DNA from: Octopus sinensis
Lineage: Eukaryota
Length of the DNA: 45,381 bases
Direction: 5' to 3'
Assembly: GCF_006345805.1 (NCBI RefSeq)
Contig: NW_021832848.1
Coordinates: forward strand, 1 to 45,381
A model generated the notes under the pieces. That model saw only the letters and a list, made by a program, of their open reading frames with translations. It was not told the origin of the DNA and did no database searches. Shown here one piece after another: positions 12,522 through 25,641 of the stretch; the stretch's first letter is position 1; each line of letters begins with the position of its first letter. A program made the translations under genes and the position numbers.

Positions 12522-13520
12522 ATGGAAGTATCCAAGGAGCATTTAAGGCACATATAATTCTTTATGAGTACAATAAAGGTAACTCTGCTGCCGAAGTGAC
12601 TCGAAACATACACTCAGTTAATGTTTATGGCAAAGTGCTCGAATGAAAGAACTTGCAGGAGATCGTCTGCAAAATTGAAGATGAATATCGAACAGGATGT
12701 CCAGTTGAGTTTGACAAGCTCCTTGAGGCATTACTTGAAGAAAATCCGTCATTATCAGTTGAAGAATTGGCAATAAAGCTTACTTCAAACCATACAACAG
12801 TTCATCGTCATCTACAACAACGTGGAAAGATTCCTAAACTTGGATAATAGGTGCCTTATGTATTGTCCGAAAGCAACCGCAAATCCCGAGTTGGCATCTG
12901 CTCTTCTCTCCATTCTCGCAAACTCATTTCACCATTTTTCGATAGACTTGTGATGAAAAATGGATTTTCTATCGAAATGTTAGACGTCGTAAACAGTGGC
13001 TTGGTAAAAGGGAAAATTCTCAACCACAACCGAGAAGGGAACTTCATGGGAAAAAGGTTCTACTCTCTATCTGGTGCGATTGCAAAGGCGTAATTCACTT
13101 TATATTGTTACCACCTAATGCAACAATCAATGCTCAAGTCTACTGTCAGCAATTAGAGCGTTTGAACCAAGCTTTGAAGGAAAAAAACCGCTTTAGTGAG
13201 TTGAAAACGAGTGATGTTTCATCAGGACAATCGCAACCCCACACTGCAAAGATCACATCACAGAAGATCGAAGGGGTCGGTTTGGAAAAATTTCTTCATC
13301 CAACTTATTCTCCCGACCTTACTCCTTCAGGATACCATTTGTTTCATAGTTTACAGAATTAGTAGGGGGATACAACTTTCGCAAGCCAGGGGAGGTCGAA
13401 CCTGACATTTCAGAGTTCTTCGCTTTGAAACCAAAAGAGTTTTACGTTGATGGGATTAAAAAGCTTGTAAATAGATGGAGGTAAGTCATAGATAATTAGG
13501 GAAAGTACATTGATGATTAA
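12522..13520 (+). pseudogene. Mariner transposase pseudogene
   Basis: MEVSKEHLRH...YEYNKGNSAAEVTRNI; HRHLQQRGKIPKLG..VPY (WVPHEL-like); FHQDN; HPTYSPDLTPSGYHLF (YSPDLAPSD motif, last D changed to G). Multiple frameshifts and stops. Confidence 0.9.
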
Positions 13521-13990
13521 CTTTCAATTAAATATAACATTTGATCACTTGTATTATTTATCCAAAATTCAGACAGAACTTATGGGATGACCTGAGATAT
13601 ATACACTGGCGAAATATATTTAAGACAGACGATAAAAGTTCTATTTCTTACAAATATTTTGTTACTAACACCATACAAATTATTTTTATCTTTTACACCT
13701 TATGCAAATTTATTTCGCTTTCGAATGATGCAGACAATAACCATTTTTATACTACTTGAAGAATTCTAATGCTAAATATAATTTTAATGGAGATAACCTG
13801 CAGTATATAGTACAACATTTTTGTCTCCGTATATGAGCTAAGTATTAATAAAATGTGGTATACGATAAAAATTTCGGATATTTGTCTTAAAACATTCAGA
13901 CAAGAAAATTCAGATGTAGCACATGAGGTATTATTCCATACGAATATCCACATATTTATATTAAGAATTTCATGATAAAAATATAAAATA

Positions 13991-14474
13991 TTGGGTTGTC
14001 CGGAAAGTTCTTGCAGATTTATAGTAGCTTATCTTTCGACTTATTTTAGAACATGTTTGAGTCCATAAAATAGGATTTGACTACACCTCCATTTGGAGCA
14101 CAGTTTAATCTATCTTTTCGTGGAAGAGGTTTATGTTCCAATAACCTGTGTTAATTCTGTAAACCTTTAAATTAAAAGATGAGAAAAATTCATTATCGGC
14201 ATTTGATGCTTTGGGAACCAGACAAAAATTGCTGCAGCAGCTTGGCTGGGGTGACTTACCCCACCCTCCATATTCACCAGATATTACTCCTTCGGATTTC
14301 CACTTATTCAGGTCTCTGCAGAATAGTCTTAATGGTGAAAATTTCAATTCCTTAGATGACGTAAAAAGATACCTTGATGAATTATTTGCCTTGAAACCAC
14401 CCCAATTCTGGGAAGAGTATTTAGTGACCATGTACTTTCCTTAAAAATCGGAACGAACTTTCCGGACAACCCAA
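13991..14474 (+). mobile_element. Internally deleted mariner derivative (484 bp)
   Basis: Matching TIRs TTGGGTTGTCCGGAAAGTTC / GAACTTTCCGGACAACCCAA with TA on both sides. N-terminal MRKIHYRHLML (ATG 14179) is joined out of frame to C-terminal HPPYSPDITPSDFHLFRSLQN. Confidence 0.92.
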
Positions 14475-14849
14475 TAAAACATAACAATGAAATACAAATA
14501 AAAACATGAAAAATAAAACCTAAATTGAAAGAGGCGATTAAATTTTTTTTCCTAACCTGCAGCCGTTTGTTGTACGAAGTATTCGAAATTCAGCCCTCCT
14601 TCCTCAGGGTTCCTTTCTCGAGGTAAAATCCAGCAGAAAGCAGTAAGGCACTACATGACGAGTATTCAGTTCGTGAAAGTTCAGTTTTATTCATTGTTGA
14701 CCAGTTTTTCAAGAGGATTGCCACGTTTAAATAAGAAATGAAAATCGTTTAGTTAATCATGCAATTTTGGGAATGTTCCATTTTTTACTGATATATACTA
14801 CAATAACAAAGAAATTATTTAAGATTTTAGATTTATGCATTCTTATGGT

Positions 14850-15130
14850 TCCAAAACGCATGGTTCTCAGTTCAGTCCCACTGTGTGGTAACTTGGCATG
14901 TGTCTTCTACTATAGCCTGAGACCAACCAAAGCCTTGTCAGTGGATTTTGTAGACAGAAACTGAAAGAAATCAATCGTATATATATGTATGTATGTATGT
15001 AGTAGTGTGTGTGTCTTTGTGTTTCTCCCTCATCACTGCTTCACAACTGGTGTTCGTTTATTTATCCCCATACATACTGGTTTCACAAGAAGAAACTGAT
15101 AGAATAAGTACCAGGCTTATCAAAATTTAA
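14850..15130 (+). mobile_element. Degenerate tRNA-derived SINE (family A of this window)
   Basis: CATGGTTCTCAGTTCAGTCCCACTG...GTGGATTTTGTAGACAGAAACTGAAAGAA...GATAGAATAAGTACCAGGCTT matches the other copies in the window. Confidence 0.75.
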
Positions 15131-15242
15131 AAAAGCTCTACGCAGTGTCTCACATTTTTGTTTGCCCACTCAGTTGTATCTATCAATTTTATTTGTGTGT
15201 GTGTATGTGTGTGTACATAATATATATATGTATATATATATA

Positions 15243-15304
<62 letters not shown>

Positions 15305-15372
15305 ATTTCGTGGACAGGAACTGAAACAAATCAATCGTATATATATGTATGTATATATGTAAGTGTATGTGT

Positions 15373-18031
15373 TTTAGTATTGGCAACATGAATGACAATA
15401 GCCAGAGACTACTTGAATTTTGCACATACCATAACCTGTGCATCACCAACACATTCTTTCCCAACAAGACATCCCACAAGGCATCTTGGAGACATCCAAG
15501 ATCTCACCACTGGCATCAGTTGGATCTCATCATTACACGAAGATCCTTTCTGAATTCTGTTCAACTGACCCGTAGCGCGGATTGTGAGACAGATCATTCA
15601 CTAATAAGAAGGGTGAGGATTCTGCCTAAAAAGTCCATCACTCCAAGAAAATTAGCCAACCACGCATTAACACTGCCAGAACCTCGAACCCTACACTGCG
15701 ACAATGTTTTGCTGTGTTTTTATCAAGGTTGCCCTCAGTAGCTGCCCAACCTCCTCTGCTGAAAGTAGGTGGAATTATATCAGGGAAGCTTTGTATACCA
15801 CATCAATAGATACTTTCGGAATGAGAGAAAGGTAAAACCCAGATTTTGTTCAGTGCTGGGCTCTCAGAGCTGGAACCAGTTATCGAAGCAAAGCGTACAG
15901 CTCTGATGCAATACAAGAGTGGTCTTCTACAAAGTCACACGAAGAACTCAGAAAGGCAAGAAATAAAACCCAACTGACTGCCAGACGCTATGCAAATGGG
16001 TATTGAAAGGAAATCTGTCAGAGTATCCAGTCAGCTGCTGACAGTGGCGACACCCGTGGGATGTATGCCGGTTTGAAGAAGGCCCTCGGTCCATCCGCAA
16101 ATACCTCAGCCCCTCTGAAATCAACTACTGGAGATCTCATCAGGGACCAAAGCAAGCAAATGGATAGATGGATGGAGTACTACCAGGATCTCTACTCACG
16201 AGAGACCACGGTAGCTGAGGCTGCAATCGAGGGTGTCAAGATCTTGCCAGTCATGTGTGAACTTGACAGTCTGCCATCTATAGCAGAGCTCACCAAATCT
16301 ATTGACTCCCTAGCAAGTAACAAGGCTCCGGGAAAAGACGGCATCCCCTTAGAGATCATCAAAACCGGCAAAAACACCATCCTGCTTCGGCACATTCATG
16401 AGCTTCTGTGTCAGTGCAGGTAAGAGGGTACAGTCCCTCAGAATATGCGGGATGCTAACATCATTACGCTTTACAAAAATAAAAGTGACCGTGATGATTG
16501 TAACAATTACCGTGGAATATCTCTTCTAAGCACAGTTGGAAAGGCCTCTGCTTGCATTATCCTGTCCAGGCTGCAACTAATTGCTTCTCGAATTTATCCA
16601 GAATCGCAGTGTGGCTTTAGAAGCAGATCAACTATTGACATGATATTCTCCATACGCCAACTTCAGAAGTCCAGAGAGCAGAACATGCCATTATATATGG
16701 CCTTCATTGATCTGACAAAGGGCTTTGACTTGGTAAGTAGAAAAGGCCTCTTCATCCTGCTCCAAAAAATCGGATGTCCACCAAAGCTGCTGAGGATCAT
16801 CAAATCATTCCATGCTAATATGCAAGGCACCATACAGCACAATGGTTCAACATCAGCCGCCTTCCAAATAAAAAATGGGGTAGAGCAAGGTTGTGTCCTT
16901 GCTCCTACATTATTTGGCATCTTCTTCTCGCTGCTGCTGTCACATGCCTTTGAGACATCAGATGATGGAGTGTTTCTGCACAGTAGAAGTGATGGGGAAC
17001 TGTTCAATCTCTCGCGTCTGCGTGCCAAGACCAAAATTTCAGAAGCATCCTGATCAAGGAGATGCTATTTGCAACTGTTTTGAGCAAGCATTTGGCAACT
17101 TTGGCTTAGTTATCAGCCTCAAGAAGACCAACATCATGGGTCAGGCTACATCGGACATCCCAAACATACATATTGGAGACCACAGAGTATAGGAGGTGGA
17201 GAAGTTTACCTATCTTGGCTCTACCGTCACCTACAACCTATCCCTTGATGCTGAGCTCAATATACGCATTGGCAAGGCAGCTGCTGTGATGGCCCAACTC
17301 ACCAAACGCGCATGGGACAACAATAAGCTGACCAAGACCACAAAAATGAAGATTTACCAGGCATGTGTACTTAGCACTCTACTGTATGACTTTGACGCCA
17401 TACACACGCCATACGACGCCATACGTCGCCTAAATATCTTTCACCTGCGCTGTCTCCGGAAAATCCATCGCATCAAATGGCAGAATCATGTCCCTAACAA
17501 AGATGTCCTCAAGCAAGCAGGAATACCAAGCATGTTTGCACTCTTCACACAAAGACGTATGAGATGGCTTGGACATGTTAGCCGTATGGAAGATGGCAGA
17601 ATCCCCAAGGACATACTCAACGGAGAGCTTGCTAGGGGCACTAGGTCTGTGGGAAGACCGTTCTTACGATACAAGGATGTTTGCAAAAGGGACATGAATG
17701 CCTGCAACATCAATATTACCAACTGGGAAGCAGTTGCCAGCAACCGTGGAGATTGGCGACGTACCGTGAAAGAGGGAACACAAAGGAGTGACACAGTGAG
17801 AAAGGAGAAATGGAAAGACAAGAAAAGACGTCAACAAGAAACTATGACATTACAACCAGTCAGGCAAAGTCTTCGCTACATTTACGGCACCTGCCAGAGG
17901 GAGTGTTTGTCCCGGATAGGACTACACAGCCACAGCAAGAGATGTATTAGGACATGAAATGTAAAAGCCGGACAAGATTATTTTATGCGCAACTCCATTG
18001 TCTCCCGAGACAAAAAGGATGCCAACAACAA
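15373..18031 (+). mobile_element. 5'-truncated, decayed RTE-clade (BovB-like) LINE
   Basis: AP-endonuclease end (ITNTFF..WRHPRSHHWHQLDLII); RT (KAPGKDGIP, NYRGISLLS, QCGFR, FIDLTKGFD, GVEQGCVLAPTLF); C-terminal CQRECLSRIGLHSHSKRC; 3' end GTCTCCCGAGACAAAAAGGATGCCAACAACAA. Frameshifts present and the FADD motif is deleted. Confidence 0.95.
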
Positions 18032-18036
18032 TATAT

Positions 18037-18260
18037 ATGGATTTCGTAGACAGGAACTGTAACAAATAAATCGTATATATATGTATGTATATATGTAAGT
18101 GTATGTGTGTGTCTTTGTCTCTGTGTTTCGCCCTCATCACAGCTTCACAACTGCTGTTCACTTATTTACATCCACATAACTTACTGGTTTCACAAGAACA
18201 AACTAATAGAGTAAGTACTAGGCTTATCAACATAAAAAAGCACTAGGCTGTGTCTCATAT
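18037..18260 (+). mobile_element. Remainder of the SINE-derived segment interrupted by the RTE
   Basis: Continues the sequence at 15301-15372 and parallels 14942-15130. Confidence 0.7.
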
Positions 18261-18325
18261 TTTTGTTTGCTCACTCAGTTGTATCTATCAATTTATCTTT
18301 GTATGTGTGCATGTGTGTGTGTATC

Positions 18326-18358
<33 letters not shown>

Positions 18359-19854
18359 CCCTAATGGGAGCCTTAAATCCCAAATTTTAGTAATTTCTTT
18401 TATGATCCAAAACTTGGTCAAAAGTACTGAATGGATCTTTATGAAATTTGGAAATTATATTCTATGCATAAGGGCCATAACACCCATGACAATTCATATA
18501 TTTTTGCTGTTGATGAAATTTTAACCATAGACATTAGACACAAATGAAGTAATATCTATAAAATTTCATCTTACAAAGTTAGAAAGACCCCTCCATGGGG
18601 ACTTAACAACTACAATTTTGTCATTTTATCTAAGCAAAAATGAATACAGTTGTGCTCTTGGAAGCTGTAGGGTTACCCGAGCATAAAAGATGAGCATTAT
18701 TGTAATTCAATGGTACAACAGTGTAACAGTTTGCTTTGACATACACACTGCATAAATTGTCAAGTAAATGAGAGGCATCTTTGCCTCCACTGATTCAGTT
18801 GCAAAGTGTAGAGTAAAATTTATTTGATTGCAGACCTCCTTTCAGTCTTTTTATTATCACTCGGTCACACATAGTCCCCAGATGGTAACATTGATTTCAA
18901 GGCCTTCCCAGATGAGTGACTGGTTATTCGAAGACATTTATAGATTTTAAATTTATTCTGTCCAGTTACGTATCAGTATAGTGGTCATTTGCAAACTACA
19001 GAGGTGACACTTTCATTTCTCCTTAGCTCTCACGTCAAACAGTTGTTAATGTTGATTTCAGTTGGGTCACGCCCTTCCAATTGCTATAGATTTGTAATGC
19101 ATCTTACGGCTGTGCCTGTCACCTGGATGGTGAGGAATCCTACATTAGGAGTGGTAACGACTAGGGTAGGGTAACTGACTGCTTATTGTGATCATTCGTC
19201 TTTTGGTTTCCTGTAGCTTTGCTCTCTTTTACAAACCCAGTGAAAACATATTTCCTATTTCAAAGAAATTCAAACAATAGATATAAGACCCAAGTTAAAA
19301 AGATTTTCAACAATTCAACTTCTCTGGTTGACATTAAGATGCCCACCCCCAACAGGGGCCTTAACTCTCACATTTTAGAGCTCCATGACCTTCATTTTTC
19401 AGGAACAAAAATCTTTTTAACAAGTTAAATAAGACTGGAATTTTGGAATATGCGCATAAAAATTAGGATTATGGGATACATGTGGCACGATTACAATTTT
19501 TTAGGGTGTGTAAAGATTGAAATAACCCTCATCTGCAATTTTGATGAAATTCGAAACATAGATATTCCAGTTCATCACAGAAGATATAACAGAAAAGTCT
19601 AATTCTCCAATTGAATGTAATCGGGTAACGCCGGGTATCTCTGCTAGTTATATATAAATATAAAAAAGTAAAAGATATGCAATAAATATAAATATGTATA
19701 TAAAAGTAAAAATGTGCATATATATATATATACATATTCTTTCTTTTCTTTTTTTATTCTTTATTGTTTCGACCCGAACACTTCTTTAAAGTAATTCTAT
19801 ATATTTCGCAAGAAAGAACAATAATATTATGTATATACATGCCACCATCGGGGG

Positions 19855-20310
19855 GACAAACACAAACACACACACAGTTCCGTCTACCAAATTCACTCAC
19901 AAGGCTTTGGTTGGCCTGAGGCTCTAGTAGAAGACCAAGGCGTCGCGTAATGGGGCTGAAACCAGAACCATGTAGTTGGTAAGCAGGCTACTTACCACAC
20001 AGCCACTCATGCATATGTATGTGTGTGTGTGTGTGTTGTGTATGTGGTGTGTGTGGTGTGTGTGTGTGTGTGTGTGTGGTGTGTGTTTGTGTGTAGTTTG
20101 ACAAGTGTCAATGAACGAAACTCTCGCCCCCCGAGTCACTCTGTTGCTTCTGCTAAATATTGATAAACACATATATGACAAGCTTTTTCAGATTCCGTCA
20201 ACCAAATCTACTCACAAGGGTTTAGTCGACCCAGGGCTATAGTAGAAACACCCACTCAAAGTGCCACGCAGCTGGACTGAACCGGAACAGCTTACAACAC
20301 AGTCACGCCT
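19855..20310 (-). mobile_element. Two partial family-A SINE copies (~19855-20010 and ~20175-20310) separated by (GT)n
   Basis: TTCCGTCTACCAAATTCACTCACAAGGCTTTGG...CTTACCACACAGCCACTC, the reverse complement of the SINE head. Confidence 0.75.
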
Positions 20311-20340
20311 GCTTCTATTCACATATATACATGATATATA

Positions 20341-20564
20341 TTTCTTTTGCTACCCACAAGGGGCTAAACATAGAGGGGACAAACAAGGACAGACAAACGG
20401 ATTAAGTCGATTACATCGACCCAGTGCGAAACTGGTACTTTATTTATCGACCCCGAGAGGATGAAAGGCAAAGTCGACCTCGGCGGAATTTGAACTCAGA
20501 ACGTAGACGAAATACTGCTAAGCATTTCGCCCGGTGTGCTAACGCTTCTGCCAGCTCGCCGCCT
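20341..20564 (-). mobile_element. tRNA-derived SINE, family B (Nin/Deu-domain-like)
   Basis: Minus strand: A-box-like GGCAGAAGCGTTAGC, B box GAGTTCAAATTCC, central GCCTTTCATCCTCTCGGGGTCGATAAAT-AAGTACCAG. Confidence 0.85.
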
Positions 20565-20707
20565 CTTGCATATAAATCTATGTGCGTATATAGACACAGT
20601 TATACATACACATACCTAGTCATGGATGGCTACACACACTAACACACACGTACACATACACGTGCAAGTAGTCACACGAGTGTACACACAACACACACAT
20701 ACGCACG

Positions 20708-20738
<31 letters not shown>

Positions 20739-21119
20739 ACTCGCACGCACGCACATAATCTCCTTCCTCTCACCCTTATTCTTCTAAGCAAACACACATA
20801 TACACACATAGAAAGGCATGCATGCACGCAGACATAAGATTAATTCGCGGCCAAATTTCAGGGCAGACGTTGAAGAGAAAGGACAAGCTATTGAAAAGGT
20901 CGCGAAAAATAGCGACGAACGGACTTTCACGAAGAAATAAAACTTGATTGTTAACCAAACAAACGATCGATTACGAAGTTGGTCAGATGTGTAACCATAT
21001 CGTTATTGGCATAATGACCCTCCCATGAATCAACCAAGTATGTGTGTGTATACGTGTGTGAGTGTGTGTGCGTATGTGTATATATGTATGTGTGTGTGTA
21101 TATGTATGTGTGTGTGTGT

Positions 21120-21250
21120 GGCAAAAACAGACTGATAGAATAAGTACTAGGCTTACAAAGAATAATCCCTAGAGTCGATTTGCTCGACTAAAGGCAGTGC
21201 TCCAGCATGGCCAAAGTCAAATGACTGTAACAAATAAAAGAATAAAGAGT
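21120..21250 (+). mobile_element. 3' fragment of a family-A SINE
   Basis: GATAGAATAAGTACTAGGCTTACAAAGAATAA...CTCCAGCATGGCCAAAGTCAAATGACTG. Confidence 0.75.
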
Positions 21251-21279
21251 ATATATATACATATATATATATATATATA

Positions 21280-21672
21280 CTAGCAGTGTCGCCCGGCGTT
21301 GCTCGGGTTTGTAAGGGAAATAACTATATAAGCTTTTAGAGATGTAAAATATAATAGCCATCTCAATATGGCTAACCACAAAGGGGGAGTGTTACTGTAG
21401 CTTTTTACATTCTGAGATTTAATAATACATTTTAGAGAGTACTTCCCTTATATAAACCGAGCGAAAATGCATTAAAAATGCGGAAAAAATTATGGTAATT
21501 TTTTTTAAAATCGTAAACTCATCGTAGACGTGCGCTAATACCCAGAAGGGCTCGATATGAATCACGACTATAAGATACCCGCTTTTGGTTACACTGCACC
21601 GCAAAATGAGGGAGTAGTTAGGAATCTAAATCGTAGGAGACAGACACACAACTTCACTTTTATATATAAAGA
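21280..21672 (-). mobile_element. Non-autonomous Helitron (~393 bp), subfamily 1
   Basis: Minus strand starts TCTTTATATATAAAAG and ends with the CCCGAGCAACGCCGGG hairpin then CTAG. Inserted between A and T, no TSD. Confidence 0.88.
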
Positions 21673-21744
21673 TATATATATATATATATATACACACACA
21701 TACACATATATATACAGTATATATATATATATATATATACATAG

Positions 21745-24256
21745 TGATGCTCAAAATATCTGGTAGTGTCGGCTATAGCTTAGTCACCCGTATAGTTAAC
21801 CAGGTGATACACGAAGGAGTCATACCCAATGACTGGTGTAGCAGCATAATAGTCAACTGCTACAAAGGTAATGGTGACGCCCTAGATACAAATAACTACA
21901 GGGGCATCAAGCTGCTGGATCAGGTAATGAAGGTTACGGAGAGGGTTATAGCCCAATTAATTAGAGAGAGAGTTAGCTTAGATGATATGCAGTTTGGGTT
22001 CGTGCCAGGGAAAAGTACTACTGATGCTATATTCCTGGTAAGACAGCTGCAGGAGAAATACCTAGCCAAAGATAAGCCCTTGTATCTGGCTTTTGTTGAC
22101 TTGGAGAAAGCCTTTGACAGGGTCCCCCGATTCCTTATCTGGTGGTCAATGAGGAAACTAGGGATAGATGAATGGTTAGTGAGAGCTGTGCGAGCCATGT
22201 ACAGAGACGCTGCTAGTAAGGTGAGGGTTGGCAACGAGTACAGTGAAGAATTCCGGGTAGAGGTTGGGGTCCACCAAGGTTCAGTCCTCAGTCCCCTCCT
22301 ATTTATCATAGTCCTCCAGGCAATAACGGAGGAGTTCAAGACAGGATGCCCCTGGGAGCTCCTCTATGCTGATGACCTTGCTCTAATTGCTGAGTCACTA
22401 TCAGAACTGGAGGAGAAGTTTCAGGTGTGGAAACAAGGATTAGAATCGAAGGGCCTTAGAATCAACCTAGCCAAAACCAAAGTCCTAATAAGTAGGAAGG
22501 TGGACCAATCACAAACGACTTCAGGTAGATGGCCCTGCTCGATCTGTAAAAAAGGTGTGTAGGTAGAAACTCTATAAGGTGCACCAAGTGTAAGCTATGG
22601 ACACATAAGAGGTGCAGCAATGTCAAAGGAAGGCTAACTAGGAAAATAGTTTTTGTCTGTGGCAGATGCTCAGGAGCAATAAACACTGGAAATGTGCAGA
22701 GACCAACTTCTACCACGTTCCAGGGAGACAAACTAGAAGTAGTTGATAGCTTCCGCTACCTAGGAGACCAAGTCAGTAGCGGGGTGGGTGTGCTGAAAGT
22801 GTAACTGCTAGAGTAAGAATAGCCTGGGCAAAGTTTAGAGAGCTCTTACCCCTGCTGGTGACAAAAGGCCTCTCGCTAAGAGTAAAAGGCAGACTGTATG
22901 ATGCATGTGTACGTACAGCCATGCTACATGGTAGTGAAACATGGGCCGTGACTGCTGAGGATATGCGTAAGCTCGCAAGAAATGAAGCCAGTATGCTCCA
23001 ATGGATGTGTAATGTCAGTGTTCATAATCGTCAGAGTGTGAGTACCTTGAGAGAAAAGTTGAACCTAAGAAGCGTCAGTTGTGGTGTGCAAGAGAGACGG
23101 CTGCGCTGGTATGGTCATGTGACGAGAATGGCTGAAGATAGTTGTGTGCAAAAGTGCTACACCCTAGCAGTTGAGGGAACCTGTGGAAGAGGTAGACCCA
23201 GGAAAACCTGGGACGAGGTGGTGAAGCACGACCTTCGAACTTTAGGTCTCACCAAGGAAATGACTAGAGACCGAGTCCTATGGAAGTGTGCTGTGCGTGA
23301 GAGGACCCGGCAGGACTAGTCAGGCCATAACCCGTGGCCCCTACCTGGGACGTAGTCGGTCCACCTGTGCATACCTTCCTTCTTGTGACACTTGTGAAGA
23401 CCTTCTGAGGCAAGTGAAAATCAAAAATCAAAATAGATGAACATCAAGGAATTTGTATCTTTGTGGTACCAGTGCCGGTGGCACACAAGAAAACCATCCG
23501 AACGTGGCCGTAGCCAGTACCGCATCGACTGGCCTCCGTGCTGTGGGCACATGACAAAACACATCCGATCGTGGCCGTTCGCCAGCCTCATATGGCACTG
23601 TGTCGGTGGCACATAAAAAACACCATCCGAAGACCCGGCAAGACTAGTCAGGTCATAACCCGTGGCCCCTACTGGGACGTAGTCAGTCCACCTGTGCATA
23701 CCTCCTTCTGTGTGACACTTGTGAAGACCTGTTGAGGCAAGTGAAAATCAAAATCAAAATCAAAATCAAAACAAATCAAAATAGATGAACATCAATGGAA
23801 TTTGTATCTTTGTGGTACCAGTGCCGGTGGCACACAAGAAAACCATCCGAACGTGGCCGTAGCCAGTACCGCATCGACTGGCCTCCGTGCTGTGGGCAAG
23901 TAACAAACACCATCCGATCGTGGCCGTTCGCCAGCCTCATCTGGCACCTGTGTCGGTGGCACATAAAAACACCATCCGAGCATGGCCGTCTGCCAGCCTC
24001 GTCTGGCACCTGTGTCGGTGGCACATAAAAAACACCATCCGAGCGTGGCCGTTCGCCAGCCTCGTCTGGCACCTGTGTCGGTGGCACATAAAATCACCCA
24101 CTACACTCTCGGAGTGGTTGGCGTTAAGAAGGGCATCCAGCTGTAGAAACACTGCCAGATCTGACTGGCTGGTGCAGCCTTGGGCTCCCCAGACCCCAGT
24201 TGAACCGTCCAACCCATGCTAGCATGGAAAGCGGACGTTAAATGATGATGATGATG
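21745..24256 (+). mobile_element. 5'-truncated RTE-clade LINE (second family) with repeat-rich 3' UTR and (GAT)n tail
   Basis: RT ORF 21744-22562 (NYRGIKLLD, QFGF, FVDLEKAFDRVP, GVHQGSVLSPLLF, LLYADD). Frameshift near 22555; continuation to 23319 (LRWYGHV..GRGRPRKTW). Tail ACGTTAAATGATGATGATGATG. Confidence 0.95.
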
Positions 24257-24283
24257 GTATATATATATATATATATATATAAT

Positions 24284-25027
<744 letters not shown>

Positions 25028-25576
25028 ATATATATATATACAGACAGTCTTTTCTGTTGCTTTGACCATTAATACCTACGCTATATATCTCTCTCTTGCT
25101 GCCTTCGAAAACACACTGCCACACATACATAGACGCACACACACATACACGAAAGCAATTTCTCACACTCAAACACTCTAGCACTCATTCTTAAAATAAT
25201 TCAAATAAAACACCAGTCATACAGAATACATTCACACTCTTTGATTTTCCTGTACCCCCCTTCTCCTAACCGGATTCTGACCTTGAACTATCTTAACGGA
25301 CATTCTCGTCTGCTTTCACCAGCCTGGCGTCAACGCATATAGATAGACAGTTTGTGTTTGTGCCATTTTATTCCATGGCTCCTCGTGAGCGTTTGTGAAA
25401 AGCTTGCTGTGCATTTTGTTGGAGAGAATTAAGTTCCTGGATTTTCCTGAAGAGAAGGCTGCAAAATGGACTCCTTATTCAATCCGAATTAGGGACTTTG
25501 CAGCCTTGGAACATATGTAGAAAATAATAAAAAGGAATTTTGTTAAATCTTCGTTTCTTCCTACACTAATATATAT

Positions 25577-25641
<65 letters not shown>

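Larger units (their letters stand above)
11019..13595 (+). mobile_element. Decayed mariner element interrupted by a nested rosa-type element
   Basis: Left TIR TCAAGTCATCCAGTCAGTTCTGTC after TA at 11017-18. Right TIR GACAGAACTTATGGGATGACCTGA ends at 13595. About 1.25 kb remains once the insert is removed. Confidence 0.8.

Noticed and set aside
19545-19570. TTGATGAAATTCGAAAC as a hammerhead
   Set aside because: No room for stem II and no stem I or III pairing.
25380-25520. Possible Tc1-like transposase remnant (KWTPYS..DFAALEHM)
   Set aside because: Only a vague motif resemblance; no TIRs or other catalytic motifs.
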